Shown one piece after another: positions 54,391 to 64,000 of a stretch of 64,000 nucleotides of DNA; position 1 is the first letter of the stretch; each line of letters starts with the position of its first letter. Source of the DNA: an uncultured Bradymonadales bacterium (GTDB taxonomy: Bacteria; Myxococcota_A; Bradymonadia; Bradymonadales; Bradymonadaceae); NCBI GenBank assembly GCA_964600555.1, contig CAZRLK010000003.1, positions 4,854 to 68,853 of the forward strand, written 5' to 3'. The notes under the pieces are model-generated. The model ran no database searches. It saw only the letters and a list, made by a program, of their open reading frames with translations, and was not told the DNA's origin. The translations under genes were made by a program, and so were the position numbers.

Positions 54391-57106
54391 ACGACAGCTC
54401 GTCTCGAACCGCCTCGGAGAATCGGTCGATGGCCTGCTGCAGACCGGAGGCGTCCGGGCCACCGGCCTGGGCGAGGGTCGGTCGGCCGCCCCCGCCGCCG
54501 CCGACGTATTCGGCGGCCCGCTGGACGAGCGGTCCGGCCGCAAGCCCCCGTTCGTCGACGAGCGTCTCGCCGACCATGCAGACGAGCGCGGCACTGCCGC
54601 CGACCTCGGCGCCGAGCAGGGCGACCCCCTGCTCGAAGCGCTCGCGCAGGCGGTCGGCGTAGGTGCGGAGTTGATCGCGGGTGTCGACTTCGACGACGGC
54701 GGCGACGAGGGGCACTCCCTCGATTTCGACGGCCTCGTCGACCAGGGCGCCGGCCTCGAGGTGGGCGAGCCGTTGAGAGAGTTTGTCGACCTGGCGATCG
54801 AGTGCGGCCTTTTCGCCGGCGATCGCCTCGGCGGCATCGACGACGTTTTCGGGATCGGTCTTCAGCGCCTCGGAGACGCCGCGCAGGCGCCGGCGGTCCC
54901 GCTGGGCGGCCTCGTAGGCCTCGGGTCCGGTCACGGCTTCGATGCGACGGATCCCGGCCGAGACCCCGGACTCGCTCGTGATCCGGAAAGCGTTCAGATC
55001 GCGGGTGTTTTCGACGTGCGTGCCGCCACACAACTCGACCGACTGCAGCTCGACCCCCCGATCGGTGATCTCGACGACGCGCACGCGATCGCCGTACTTC
55101 TCGCCGAAGATCGCCATCGCGCCCATCTCCTCGACGGCGCGTTCACGGTCGACGTGCGGGTGGACGACCACCTCGATGCCCTTCTGGATCATCGCGTTGA
55201 TCCGGTCCTCGATCTCGCGGAGCTGCTCGACCGCCAGCGGTTCGTCGTGGCTGAAATCGAACCGCAGCCGGTCCGGGGCGACGAGTGAGCCGGACTGAAA
55301 GATCGACTCCGAGACGTCGTCGCGCAGCACGTAATGCAAGAGATGCGTTGCGGTGTGGTTCGAGGCGGCGTTGCGCCGGTGCCGGGCGTCGACTTCGGCG
55401 AGGAACGTCCCGTCCATCGCCTCGTCGTCGACCTCGCCGTCGACCAGTTCGGCGGTGTGGACGATGCCGATCTGGGCGTCCTGTGTATCGACGACTCGAA
55501 AACGCGGCGTTCCGTCCTTCGCCTCGATGACTCCCCGGTCGCCGACCTGGCCGCCGGATTCGGCATAAAAGGGCGTCTTTTCGAGCAGGATCTGGTAGGC
55601 CCCCTCTTCGAGGTCGCGGTAACGGGTGACGACCGTCTCGGTCCGCAGCGATTGGTCGGCGTAACCGAACGGATCGTCGTTGGGACCGGTCTCGTTGTCG
55701 TAGCCGACGAACCGGCTGCCCGGGCGCTCGTGGATGGTCGTCCACTCGCCGACCCCCGCCGCCTCGTCGTAGACGTCGTCGGCCCTGGAGGTTTCCTGGT
55801 GTTCGGTCCACAGCCGTTCGTATTCCGCCCAGTCGATCTCGAGCCCGCGCTCCTCGGCCATGATCTCGGTCAGATCCGGCGGGAACCCGTAGGTGGCGTG
55901 CAGGTCGAAGACCTCCTGGCCCTCGAGCTGCGTGCGGTCCTCGGCTTCGGCGCGCTCGGCGGCGTCCTCGAACAACTCGAGCCCTCGGTCGATGTTGCGA
56001 AAAAAGCGCTCCTCTTCGAGCCGGATCAGCTCGGCGGCCTCCTCGCCCATCGCCTCGAGCTCGGGATACACCCCGCTGTAGTGGTCGACGACCGCATCGG
56101 CGATATCGCACAAAAACGGCTCGGTGAAGCCGAGCTGGCGGCCGAACCGGACGGCCCGGCGCAGAATCCGGCGCAATACGTAGCCTCGCCCTTCGTTCGA
56201 AAACTGCGCGCCGTCGCACAGCGCAAAGGTCAGCGAGCGGATGTGATCGGCGATGACCGCAAAGTTGTTGAAGTCGTCCCGGGCGTAAAAGTCGCTCCAG
56301 GCCCCCGCCTCCTCGCCGAGCAACTCGAGCGTCCGCTCGAAGATCGGCGTGAACAGGTCGGTCTGAAAGACGTTGGTCTTGCCCGCCTCGATCATCGCCA
56401 CGCGGTCCAGGCCCATGCCCGTGTCGACGCTCTGCATCGGCAGGCGGTTGAGCTGGCCGGTCTCGTCCCGGTCGTACTGCATGAAGACGAGATTCCAGAT
56501 CTCGACGATCCGCTGCTCGTCGTAGCCCGGCGCAAAGTCGAGGGGGCGGTCCGGATGCAGGTCGTAGTGAATCTCGGTGCACGGGCCGCAGGGGCCGGTC
56601 GGACCCATCGACCAGAAGTTCTCCTCGTTGCCCTCCTCGATGTCGCCGAGCCGGATCACGCGCTCTTCCGGAACCCCGATCTCGTCGACCCAGTAATCGT
56701 ACGACTCGTCGTCATCTTTGTAGGTGGTGACGTACAGCCGGTCGCGGTCGAACTCCAGAACCTCGCAGACGAACTCCCAGGCCCAGTCGATCGCCTGCTT
56801 TTTGTAGTAGTCGCCGAACGACCAGTTGCCGAGCATCTCGAAGAAGGTCAGGTGCCGGTCGCTCTTGCCGACCTCGTCGAGGTCGTTGTGTTTTCCGCCG
56901 GCGCGAATGCATTTTTGGACGCTCGTGGCTCGATCGTAATCCCGGGATTCGTTGCCGAGCAGCACGTCCTTGAACTGGTTCATCCCGGCGTTGGTAAAAA
57001 GCAGCGTCGGGTCGCCTTTCGGGACGACCGGCGAGCTGTCGACGACGCGGTGGTCGCGCTGGTCGAAAAAGTCGAGAAAACGCTGGCGGATCTCGTCAGG
57101 TGTCAT
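54389..57106 (-). CDS. alaS: Alanine--tRNA ligase
   Basis: ATG at 57106 giving MTPDEIRQRFLDFFDQRDHRVV. FTNAGMNQFKD, GKHNDLDEVG, editing-domain HTATHLLH, and C-terminal DHHA1-like region. The upstream part of the track ORF is Arg-rich and not protein-like. Confidence 0.95.
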   Translation of the reverse strand: MTPDEIRQRFLDFFDQRDHRVVDSSPVVPKGDPTLLFTNAGMNQFKDVLLGNESRDYDRATSVQKCIRAGGKHNDLDEVGKSDRHLTFFEMLGNWSFGDYYKKQAIDWAWEFVCEVLEFDRDRLYVTTYKDDDESYDYWVDEIGVPEERVIRLGDIEEGNEENFWSMGPTGPCGPCTEIHYDLHPDRPLDFAPGYDEQRIVEIWNLVFMQYDRDETGQLNRLPMQSVDTGMGLDRVAMIEAGKTNVFQTDLFTPIFERTLELLGEEAGAWSDFYARDDFNNFAVIADHIRSLTFALCDGAQFSNEGRGYVLRRILRRAVRFGRQLGFTEPFLCDIADAVVDHYSGVYPELEAMGEEAAELIRLEEERFFRNIDRGLELFEDAAERAEAEDRTQLEGQEVFDLHATYGFPPDLTEIMAEERGLEIDWAEYERLWTEHQETSRADDVYDEAAGVGEWTTIHERPGSRFVGYDNETGPNDDPFGYADQSLRTETVVTRYRDLEEGAYQILLEKTPFYAESGGQVGDRGVIEAKDGTPRFRVVDTQDAQIGIVHTAELVDGEVDDEAMDGTFLAEVDARHRRNAASNHTATHLLHYVLRDDVSESIFQSGSLVAPDRLRFDFSHDEPLAVEQLREIEDRINAMIQKGIEVVVHPHVDRERAVEEMGAMAIFGEKYGDRVRVVEITDRGVELQSVELCGGTHVENTRDLNAFRITSESGVSAGIRRIEAVTGPEAYEAAQRDRRRLRGVSEALKTDPENVVDAAEAIAGEKAALDRQVDKLSQRLAHLEAGALVDEAVEIEGVPLVAAVVEVDTRDQLRTYADRLRERFEQGVALLGAEVGGSAALVCMVGETLVDERGLAAGPLVQRAAEYVGGGGGGRPTLAQAGGPDASGLQQAIDRFSEAVRDELS

Positions 57107-57242
57107 GGTGGATACGCGTGGCCGATCGGGACGATGAGTCTTCGATGGGACAGCAAATCTCGGGGCGCCCCTGTATATACTTCGACGGCGGCGTCTGACA
57201 ACAGATCGATGCGTTTGGCGTGGAGTGGCCCGAACGGGAAGA

Positions 57243-57518
57243 TCAGCCCTCGGAGGAGGTCTGCCCGTCGTCGCCGGCCTCGTCGTCCTCGCCGCCATTC
57301 TCGGAGTTGGTTCCCTCTTCGATCGTCGCCTCGATATCTTCGAGGTTTTCGATCGTCTCGTTGATCTCGCGGACGCGAGCACGTTTGAATTCGATTTTCT
57401 GCTCCAGGTCTCGGCGTCGTTCGTCGAGGGCCTCGAGTTTTCCTTCGATTTCCTCGATCACCCGGTCGAGCGACTCCCGGTCGTGCTCGTCGTTGTCCCC
57501 GTTGGATCCGTCGGACAT
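57243..57518 (-). CDS. Hypothetical small acidic coiled-coil protein (91 aa)
   Basis: ATG at 57518 preceded by AAAGGAG. Heptad-like LDRVIEEIEGKLEALDERRRDLEQKIEFKRARVREINETIENLEDIEATIEE. GC3-rich codons. Confidence 0.6.
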   Translation of the reverse strand: MSDGSNGDNDEHDRESLDRVIEEIEGKLEALDERRRDLEQKIEFKRARVREINETIENLEDIEATIEEGTNSENGGEDDEAGDDGQTSSEG

Positions 57519-57564
57519 CGTTGACTCCTTTCAGACGCGTCGGGGGCCGGCCGACCCCGCCCGT

Positions 57565-58275
57565 TCAGCGGTCGGCTTTGCGCAGGGCGGCGTTCATTTT
57601 CTGGGCGTGCGGCCACTTGTGACGCCCGCGCAACATGATGAACACCCGGTCGTAGCGGTCGGTCCAGCCGATGAGGTTCTGAAAGTCGAACGTGTCGTAC
57701 TGGCGGCGCATTCCGGGCCGCTCGGTGATGGTGAAGCCGACGTCGCCGTGGGTGAACTCGTGGCCCTCGCGGTGAGCGACGAATGGGTCGTAGACCGGGG
57801 CGATGTCGAGCCGGTCGGCGAGCTCGCAGCGTTGATCGACGGTCCACAGACCCGACGGCTCCCACAGCCAGGCGGCGCCGGTCTCCCCGCCGAAGGTCTC
57901 GACGAACGCCTCCAGGCGCTCGCGATTCCGATCGCCCGGCGTAAACTCCGGGGGCGTCGAGACGAGCAGGGCGCGCGCCGCCAGGGCCCCGGCGCGCTCT
58001 GTCGTCACATTCCACGCTTCGCGCACGGTCGGCGGGTACTCCGAGCGTTCGGAAGGAATCTCTCCGTCCGCCGCGGCCAGATACCTGCCGATCTCGGGGC
58101 GGACGTGCAGCATGAAACAGAAATTTTTCGGCGAATCGACCCGCCAGCCGTTGAGCGTCTCGAGGGTCGGCGTCTCCTGGAAGCCCTCCAGGTCGACCTC
58201 GAGCCCGTTGCACAGCTCGAGATACCGCTCCCAGCCCTCGTTGATCTCGTCGCAACCGAAAAAATACCTCGCCAT
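57565..58275 (-). CDS. DUF72 (YecE-like) family protein
   Basis: Colinear with the DUF72 pattern as I recall it: LEVDLEGFQETPTLETLNGWRVDSPKNFCFMLHV, LLVSTPPEFTP...LEAFVETF, AWLWEPSGLW. ATG at 58275 (alternative GTG at 58281). Confidence 0.6.
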   Translation of the reverse strand: MARYFFGCDEINEGWERYLELCNGLEVDLEGFQETPTLETLNGWRVDSPKNFCFMLHVRPEIGRYLAAADGEIPSERSEYPPTVREAWNVTTERAGALAARALLVSTPPEFTPGDRNRERLEAFVETFGGETGAAWLWEPSGLWTVDQRCELADRLDIAPVYDPFVAHREGHEFTHGDVGFTITERPGMRRQYDTFDFQNLIGWTDRYDRVFIMLRGRHKWPHAQKMNAALRKADR

Positions 58276-58391
58276 GGACACCGCTCGCCGTCGTCGAAAA
58301 AGTTGTCGGAAGCCGATACGCTCGTCTCGGAAGCGGACACGTGTTTAACCGGCCGCTCCGGGATTGTCCACCCGGCGCACCGGCGCACGGC

Positions 58392-60734
58392 TCACAGCCG
58401 ACCCCACCGGCGCCGCAGGGTCCACTCCGCCCCGAGCAACCCGACGATCAGCACGAAAATGCCGATCGAATCCCACAGGTGGATCACCCGGCGGCGGTGG
58501 ACTTCGACGCGCGAGGAGGCCTGGAAGCGAAGCTCGGCGGGCGAAAAGGACGGCAGCACAGAGTGGTAGCCGTCGGTGTGCTCGGCGATGCCGGCCATCA
58601 GCTCGTCACGGGGGACGATGTGGCGGAATTCTTCGACGTCGGGCACGGAGAGGACGACCTCGCTGTCTTCGAGGTCGCCGGCGTCGGTCGAGGCAGTCGC
58701 GGTGACGGTGTAGACGCCCGCCTCGTCGACGGGCAGCTCGGCGGTGTGTTGGCCGTTGTGGTCGGTCGTAAACTGCTTTGTGGTGACCGTCGCGCCGGAG
58801 TCTTTGCGCCCCTTTTTTTGGAACGTCTCGAAGCCTCGGTGATGCAACCGGAGTTCCCCGTCGACTTCCTCGGCCGGTCGGTAGTCCGCCCGCGAGATCT
58901 GGACGTTCGCCCGCAGGCTCCCGCCGGGTGGGATGCTCTCGTCCGGCACGTCGACCCGGATGAGCTTCAGTTCCGGATCCTTGATCAACCACCGCATCGC
59001 GCTGTTCCAGAACGCCTGGTATTCGCGCGGGGTGCCTCCCCGACCGAGATGCGAAAAGCCCCACCGCCACGACGAATCCGAGGTGAACGCCATCACGCGC
59101 CCGTCCCCCTTCTCCGAGATGGTCAACACCGGCATCGGCTCACCGCCGCGCCGAATCGTCGGGTGGCGAGCCAGGACCGTCGCGTCGGACTTGGCGCGCT
59201 CGACGACGTTCGTCCCCCGCAGTTTCGGCAAATTCTGCCAGATCCGGCGGTTGGACTGCGGATCGAACGCCATCTTCGTGATCGGATGGCGCTCCCCGGC
59301 CCCGGTCAACTCGGGGCGGTACGGCCGGGTATCGAGCACCTCCTCGGACGACGTCGACTTCGGGAGGTGCACCGGCAGGATCTCTTCGATCGGCGTCCCC
59401 TCGTAGCCGCCGCTGGCAAACGACAGGTTGCCGCCGAGCATCGCAAACGCCCCTCCGTCCCGGACGTACTCGGCAATCGAGCCGAGATAGCGATCCATGT
59501 CGTAGGGGCCGAAATTGAAGTTCTGGAAGATGACGAGATCGAAGCTCCCGAGTTCGTTTTCGAACAACTCCCGGGTCGGAAACGGGATCAGACTCAACTC
59601 GTCGGAGGGGACGAGCTGGACGTTGGAGTTGGTTCGGAGGATGAAAAAGCTGATCAGGTCGATGTTCGAGTCTTTTTTCATCAACCGACGCAGGAATCGT
59701 TCGTCCCAGCTCGGCTGGCCGACGACCTGCAGCACCCGGATCTTGTCGCGAATGACGTTCTGCAAAAAATACGAGACGTTGTTCTCGTGCAGCGCCTCCC
59801 CGGAAAACTCGGGCGCCTCGACCGAATAGATCTCGTTGCCCAGCTTTTTCGGAACGAACTCGAAGCTGACCTCGTAGCGGGTCTTCTCGGGGGTCACTTC
59901 GAGTTCGCGGGTCTGCATCAATTCGCCTTCGCGTCGCAGACTGACCGGAAAGGTCGTCTCTCCCATCCCAACAACCTGAAGTTCGACTTCAACGCTGGTC
60001 TTGTTGTGCACGAAGGCGAAATCGTCGTGGCGCACCTCGGTGATGGCGACGTCTTTGATGCCGTCGGCATCGGCTGCGGAGAGGGTATTGATCGGGACGT
60101 CGAGTTCGTCGAGCAGCTGGCGGGTCTGTTCGTCGAGCGACTCACCGCGCTCGATGCGCGTGCCGACCGCTCCGGTGTCGATCCCGTCCGAGACGACGAC
60201 CAGACCCCCGAGTTCCTCGGGCCCGAAATCCTTCGAGATCTGCTCGAGAGCTCCCGTCAGATCCGTCTCCGATCCGTCGGGTGCCTGGCGCTCGAGGGCG
60301 TCTCGGCTCGCAGTCTCGAGCGACGAGTCGAACCGGTAAAAGTGCAGATTGTGCTCGGCCTCGAGCTCGTCGCTCATTCCCCGGATCTGGTCGAGGGCTG
60401 CGCCGGCGCGCTCATAACGGGTCGTTTCCTCGTCGGTCGACAGCGACATCGTCCGGCTCGTGTCGACCAGGATCGCGACGTCGTTTTTGACCTTCGAGAC
60501 ATTCTTGAGGTCGATCGCCGGCTCGAGCAACAATCCGACGGCCAGGGCGTACACGGCGCCCCGGAGTCCCACGAGTGTCCAGCGTCGAATCGGCGACAGC
60601 GTCCGCAGATCGTAGGCACTGACGGCGATGACCGCCGCGCCGAGCAGGCCGAGCGCCACCAACCACGTCGGCGACCACTCCCCCAGCCACAGCAGGTCTC
60701 CATCGTTGTAGGCTTCGAAAAAGACGTCGAGCAT
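58392..60734 (-). CDS. BatA-type N-terminal double-TM / VWA / GATase1-like membrane protein
   Basis: ATG at 60734. N-terminal two TM helices. VWA MIDAS-like DVAILVDTSRTMS and GLVVVSDGIDTG. Class-I amidotransferase-like block FDLVIFQNFNFGPYD...YVRDGGAFAMLGG. C-terminal TM. Confidence 0.8.
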   Translation of the reverse strand: MLDVFFEAYNDGDLLWLGEWSPTWLVALGLLGAAVIAVSAYDLRTLSPIRRWTLVGLRGAVYALAVGLLLEPAIDLKNVSKVKNDVAILVDTSRTMSLSTDEETTRYERAGAALDQIRGMSDELEAEHNLHFYRFDSSLETASRDALERQAPDGSETDLTGALEQISKDFGPEELGGLVVVSDGIDTGAVGTRIERGESLDEQTRQLLDELDVPINTLSAADADGIKDVAITEVRHDDFAFVHNKTSVEVELQVVGMGETTFPVSLRREGELMQTRELEVTPEKTRYEVSFEFVPKKLGNEIYSVEAPEFSGEALHENNVSYFLQNVIRDKIRVLQVVGQPSWDERFLRRLMKKDSNIDLISFFILRTNSNVQLVPSDELSLIPFPTRELFENELGSFDLVIFQNFNFGPYDMDRYLGSIAEYVRDGGAFAMLGGNLSFASGGYEGTPIEEILPVHLPKSTSSEEVLDTRPYRPELTGAGERHPITKMAFDPQSNRRIWQNLPKLRGTNVVERAKSDATVLARHPTIRRGGEPMPVLTISEKGDGRVMAFTSDSSWRWGFSHLGRGGTPREYQAFWNSAMRWLIKDPELKLIRVDVPDESIPPGGSLRANVQISRADYRPAEEVDGELRLHHRGFETFQKKGRKDSGATVTTKQFTTDHNGQHTAELPVDEAGVYTVTATASTDAGDLEDSEVVLSVPDVEEFRHIVPRDELMAGIAEHTDGYHSVLPSFSPAELRFQASSRVEVHRRRVIHLWDSIGIFVLIVGLLGAEWTLRRRWGRL

Positions 60735-60741
60735 CGGGATC

Positions 60742-61503
60742 TCAGTCGACCTTCCATTTGCGCCGTTTCAAGATGAACGGCACGTGAACCTGGTCGGATT
60801 TGTAGTTGACGCAGAGGGCGTACATCACGAGGTTGATTCCGAGCCGGAAAGCCATCTCGCGCTGTTGTTCGCCGCCGGGGCGGACCTCGTATTTCCATTT
60901 CCCGAAGTTGTCGCGGGCGAGGGCCCCGAACAGGTCGTTTTGGTTGACGACGGCGTACAATCGGTCGTCGCCGAAGACGGCGTGCAGATCGTCGGAGATG
61001 TCGAGCCGGCCGATCGGGTCGTCGACGAGGTAAAACGACTTGTACAGCACGTGATCGGAGGGGACGACCTCGAGTGTCTGGTCCGGGAAGAGCCGACCGA
61101 ACATCCGCTCGACCGAACTCATGAACGGCCCGTCGACGATGCCTTCGGCCGAGTCGACGAACAAAAATCCGCCGGCCTGAAGATAGGTGCGCAGCTGGTC
61201 GATCGGTTCGTCTGCGAGCGGGTCGAATTTCCGGTCGCCGATCAGGGTCGTCATCGGATGTTCGAACAGCTCGCGGCTGGAGGGAGCGAGCGTCGGGTAC
61301 TCGGAGTTGACGCCGATGCTGGTGCGTTTGTCGACTTCCTGCAAAAGCCTGCGGATGCCCGAGGCGCGGCTGCTGGAGTCGGGGCCGTGATCGAGGTGGC
61401 CGAGCGTGACCCGGGAGGCCTCCCCGATCGCGGCGGCCCCGCCCGGCAGGAGGCTGCCGAGGCCGGCCAGACTCGTCGTCCAGAGAAATTGGCGTCGATC
61501 CAT
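60742..61503 (-). CDS. DUF4159 domain protein with Tat-type signal
   Basis: ATG at 61503 giving MDRRQFLWTTSLAGLGSLLPGGAAA. GGFLFVDSAEG and the C-terminal NLVMYALCVNYKSDQVHVPFILKRRKW, characteristic of DUF4159. The stop lies 7 nt before the next gene. Confidence 0.8.
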   Translation of the reverse strand: MDRRQFLWTTSLAGLGSLLPGGAAAIGEASRVTLGHLDHGPDSSSRASGIRRLLQEVDKRTSIGVNSEYPTLAPSSRELFEHPMTTLIGDRKFDPLADEPIDQLRTYLQAGGFLFVDSAEGIVDGPFMSSVERMFGRLFPDQTLEVVPSDHVLYKSFYLVDDPIGRLDISDDLHAVFGDDRLYAVVNQNDLFGALARDNFGKWKYEVRPGGEQQREMAFRLGINLVMYALCVNYKSDQVHVPFILKRRKWKVD

Positions 61504-61626
61504 CGTCTCTCGCCGTCCACGAGGGTCAGTCGACCGGGTGAACTTCGCAGCGTCGGTCGTGCGAGTGGTTGGAACGCGGCATTCGCCGACGATCATTCCA
61601 TCGTTTTCATCTCCTCCCCGGCGCCG

Positions 61627-63675
<2,049 letters not shown>

Positions 63676-63817
63676 GATCGGATGCAACCAACCTGCGGAA
63701 CGACCAGACCATCCACCGTCGATCCCGCGTGATCGCACGAAACGCCCGGCCGGACAACCCGGAGGATCTTCGGAAGGGGGCTCATCGCAGGTTCGCCCGG
63801 TCCCTGCATCCGTCCTC

Positions 63818-63943
63818 GTCTCCGCATTCCGCGTCTCCGCATTCCGCGTCTCCGCATTCCGCGCTCCGTGTTCCGCGCTCCGTGTTCCGCGTCTCCGCGC
63901 TACGATCTCCGACCTCGGATCTCCGAACTCCGAACTCCGATCC
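63818..63943. repeat. Intergenic short word repeats upstream of uvrD (15-bp x3, 14-bp x2, 7-8-bp words)
   Basis: GTCTCCGCATTCCGC x3 (63818-63862), GCTCCGTGTTCCGC x2 (63863-63890), then ATCTCCGACCTCGGATCTCCGAACTCCGAACTCCGATCC. Confidence 0.9.
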
Positions 63944-64000
63944 ACTTCGCCTTACACCTCCCCCACTCGACCCCCACCCCCGCCGGACGAGCACCGACTC

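Overview
This is a high-GC bacterial chromosomal segment. G+C is about two-thirds by eye, supported by a few hand-counted 60-nt samples. Many long antisense shadow ORFs in the six-frame track are typical of such genomes and are not genes. I support about 42 protein genes, one tRNA, several rho-independent terminators and an unusual set of intergenic short-period repeats.

Housekeeping genes include sppA, a phoH / pgpH-like / ybeY cluster followed by tRNA-Ile(GAU), murC-murD, accC with a small biotinyl-domain protein, and ruvC-ruvA-ruvB-folE with a TrxR-like gene. Also present are yebC, an LMW phosphotyrosine phosphatase, an ACC-deaminase-family PLP enzyme, alaS, a BatA/VWA plus DUF4159 pair, and uvrD.

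Interspersed with these is a very high density of secreted, cysteine-rich, acidic lipoproteins. They carry PEGA, CBM9-like, beta-helix, M6 metalloprotease, RCC1, thrombospondin type 3 and 46-aa Cys-repeat domains. This content, with a eukaryotic-like Ser/Thr kinase and a Myxococcus-type SOS box, suggests a Myxococcota/Bradymonadia-like organism. That assignment is inference only.

The most interesting locus is a 13.5 kb opposite-strand block at 32470-46002 that splits the normally contiguous yebC-ruvCAB cluster. It carries an RCC1 lipoprotein and three tandem paralogous giant lipoproteins of 851-1352 aa. These are built from Cys-knot modules and PPC-like jelly-roll modules. Two of the three end in a proprotein-convertase P-domain, yet I see no protease catalytic domain. 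I cannot assign this block a function, and it is the best candidate here for an undescribed extracellular system.

Secondary signals are families of short word-like tandem repeats confined to intergenic regions, notably ATCGGAC arrays bracketing a two-gene glycosyltransferase cassette, and a 900-bp repeat- and hairpin-rich spacer upstream of accC. I found no CRISPR array, cas genes, transposase, integrase or phage genes.
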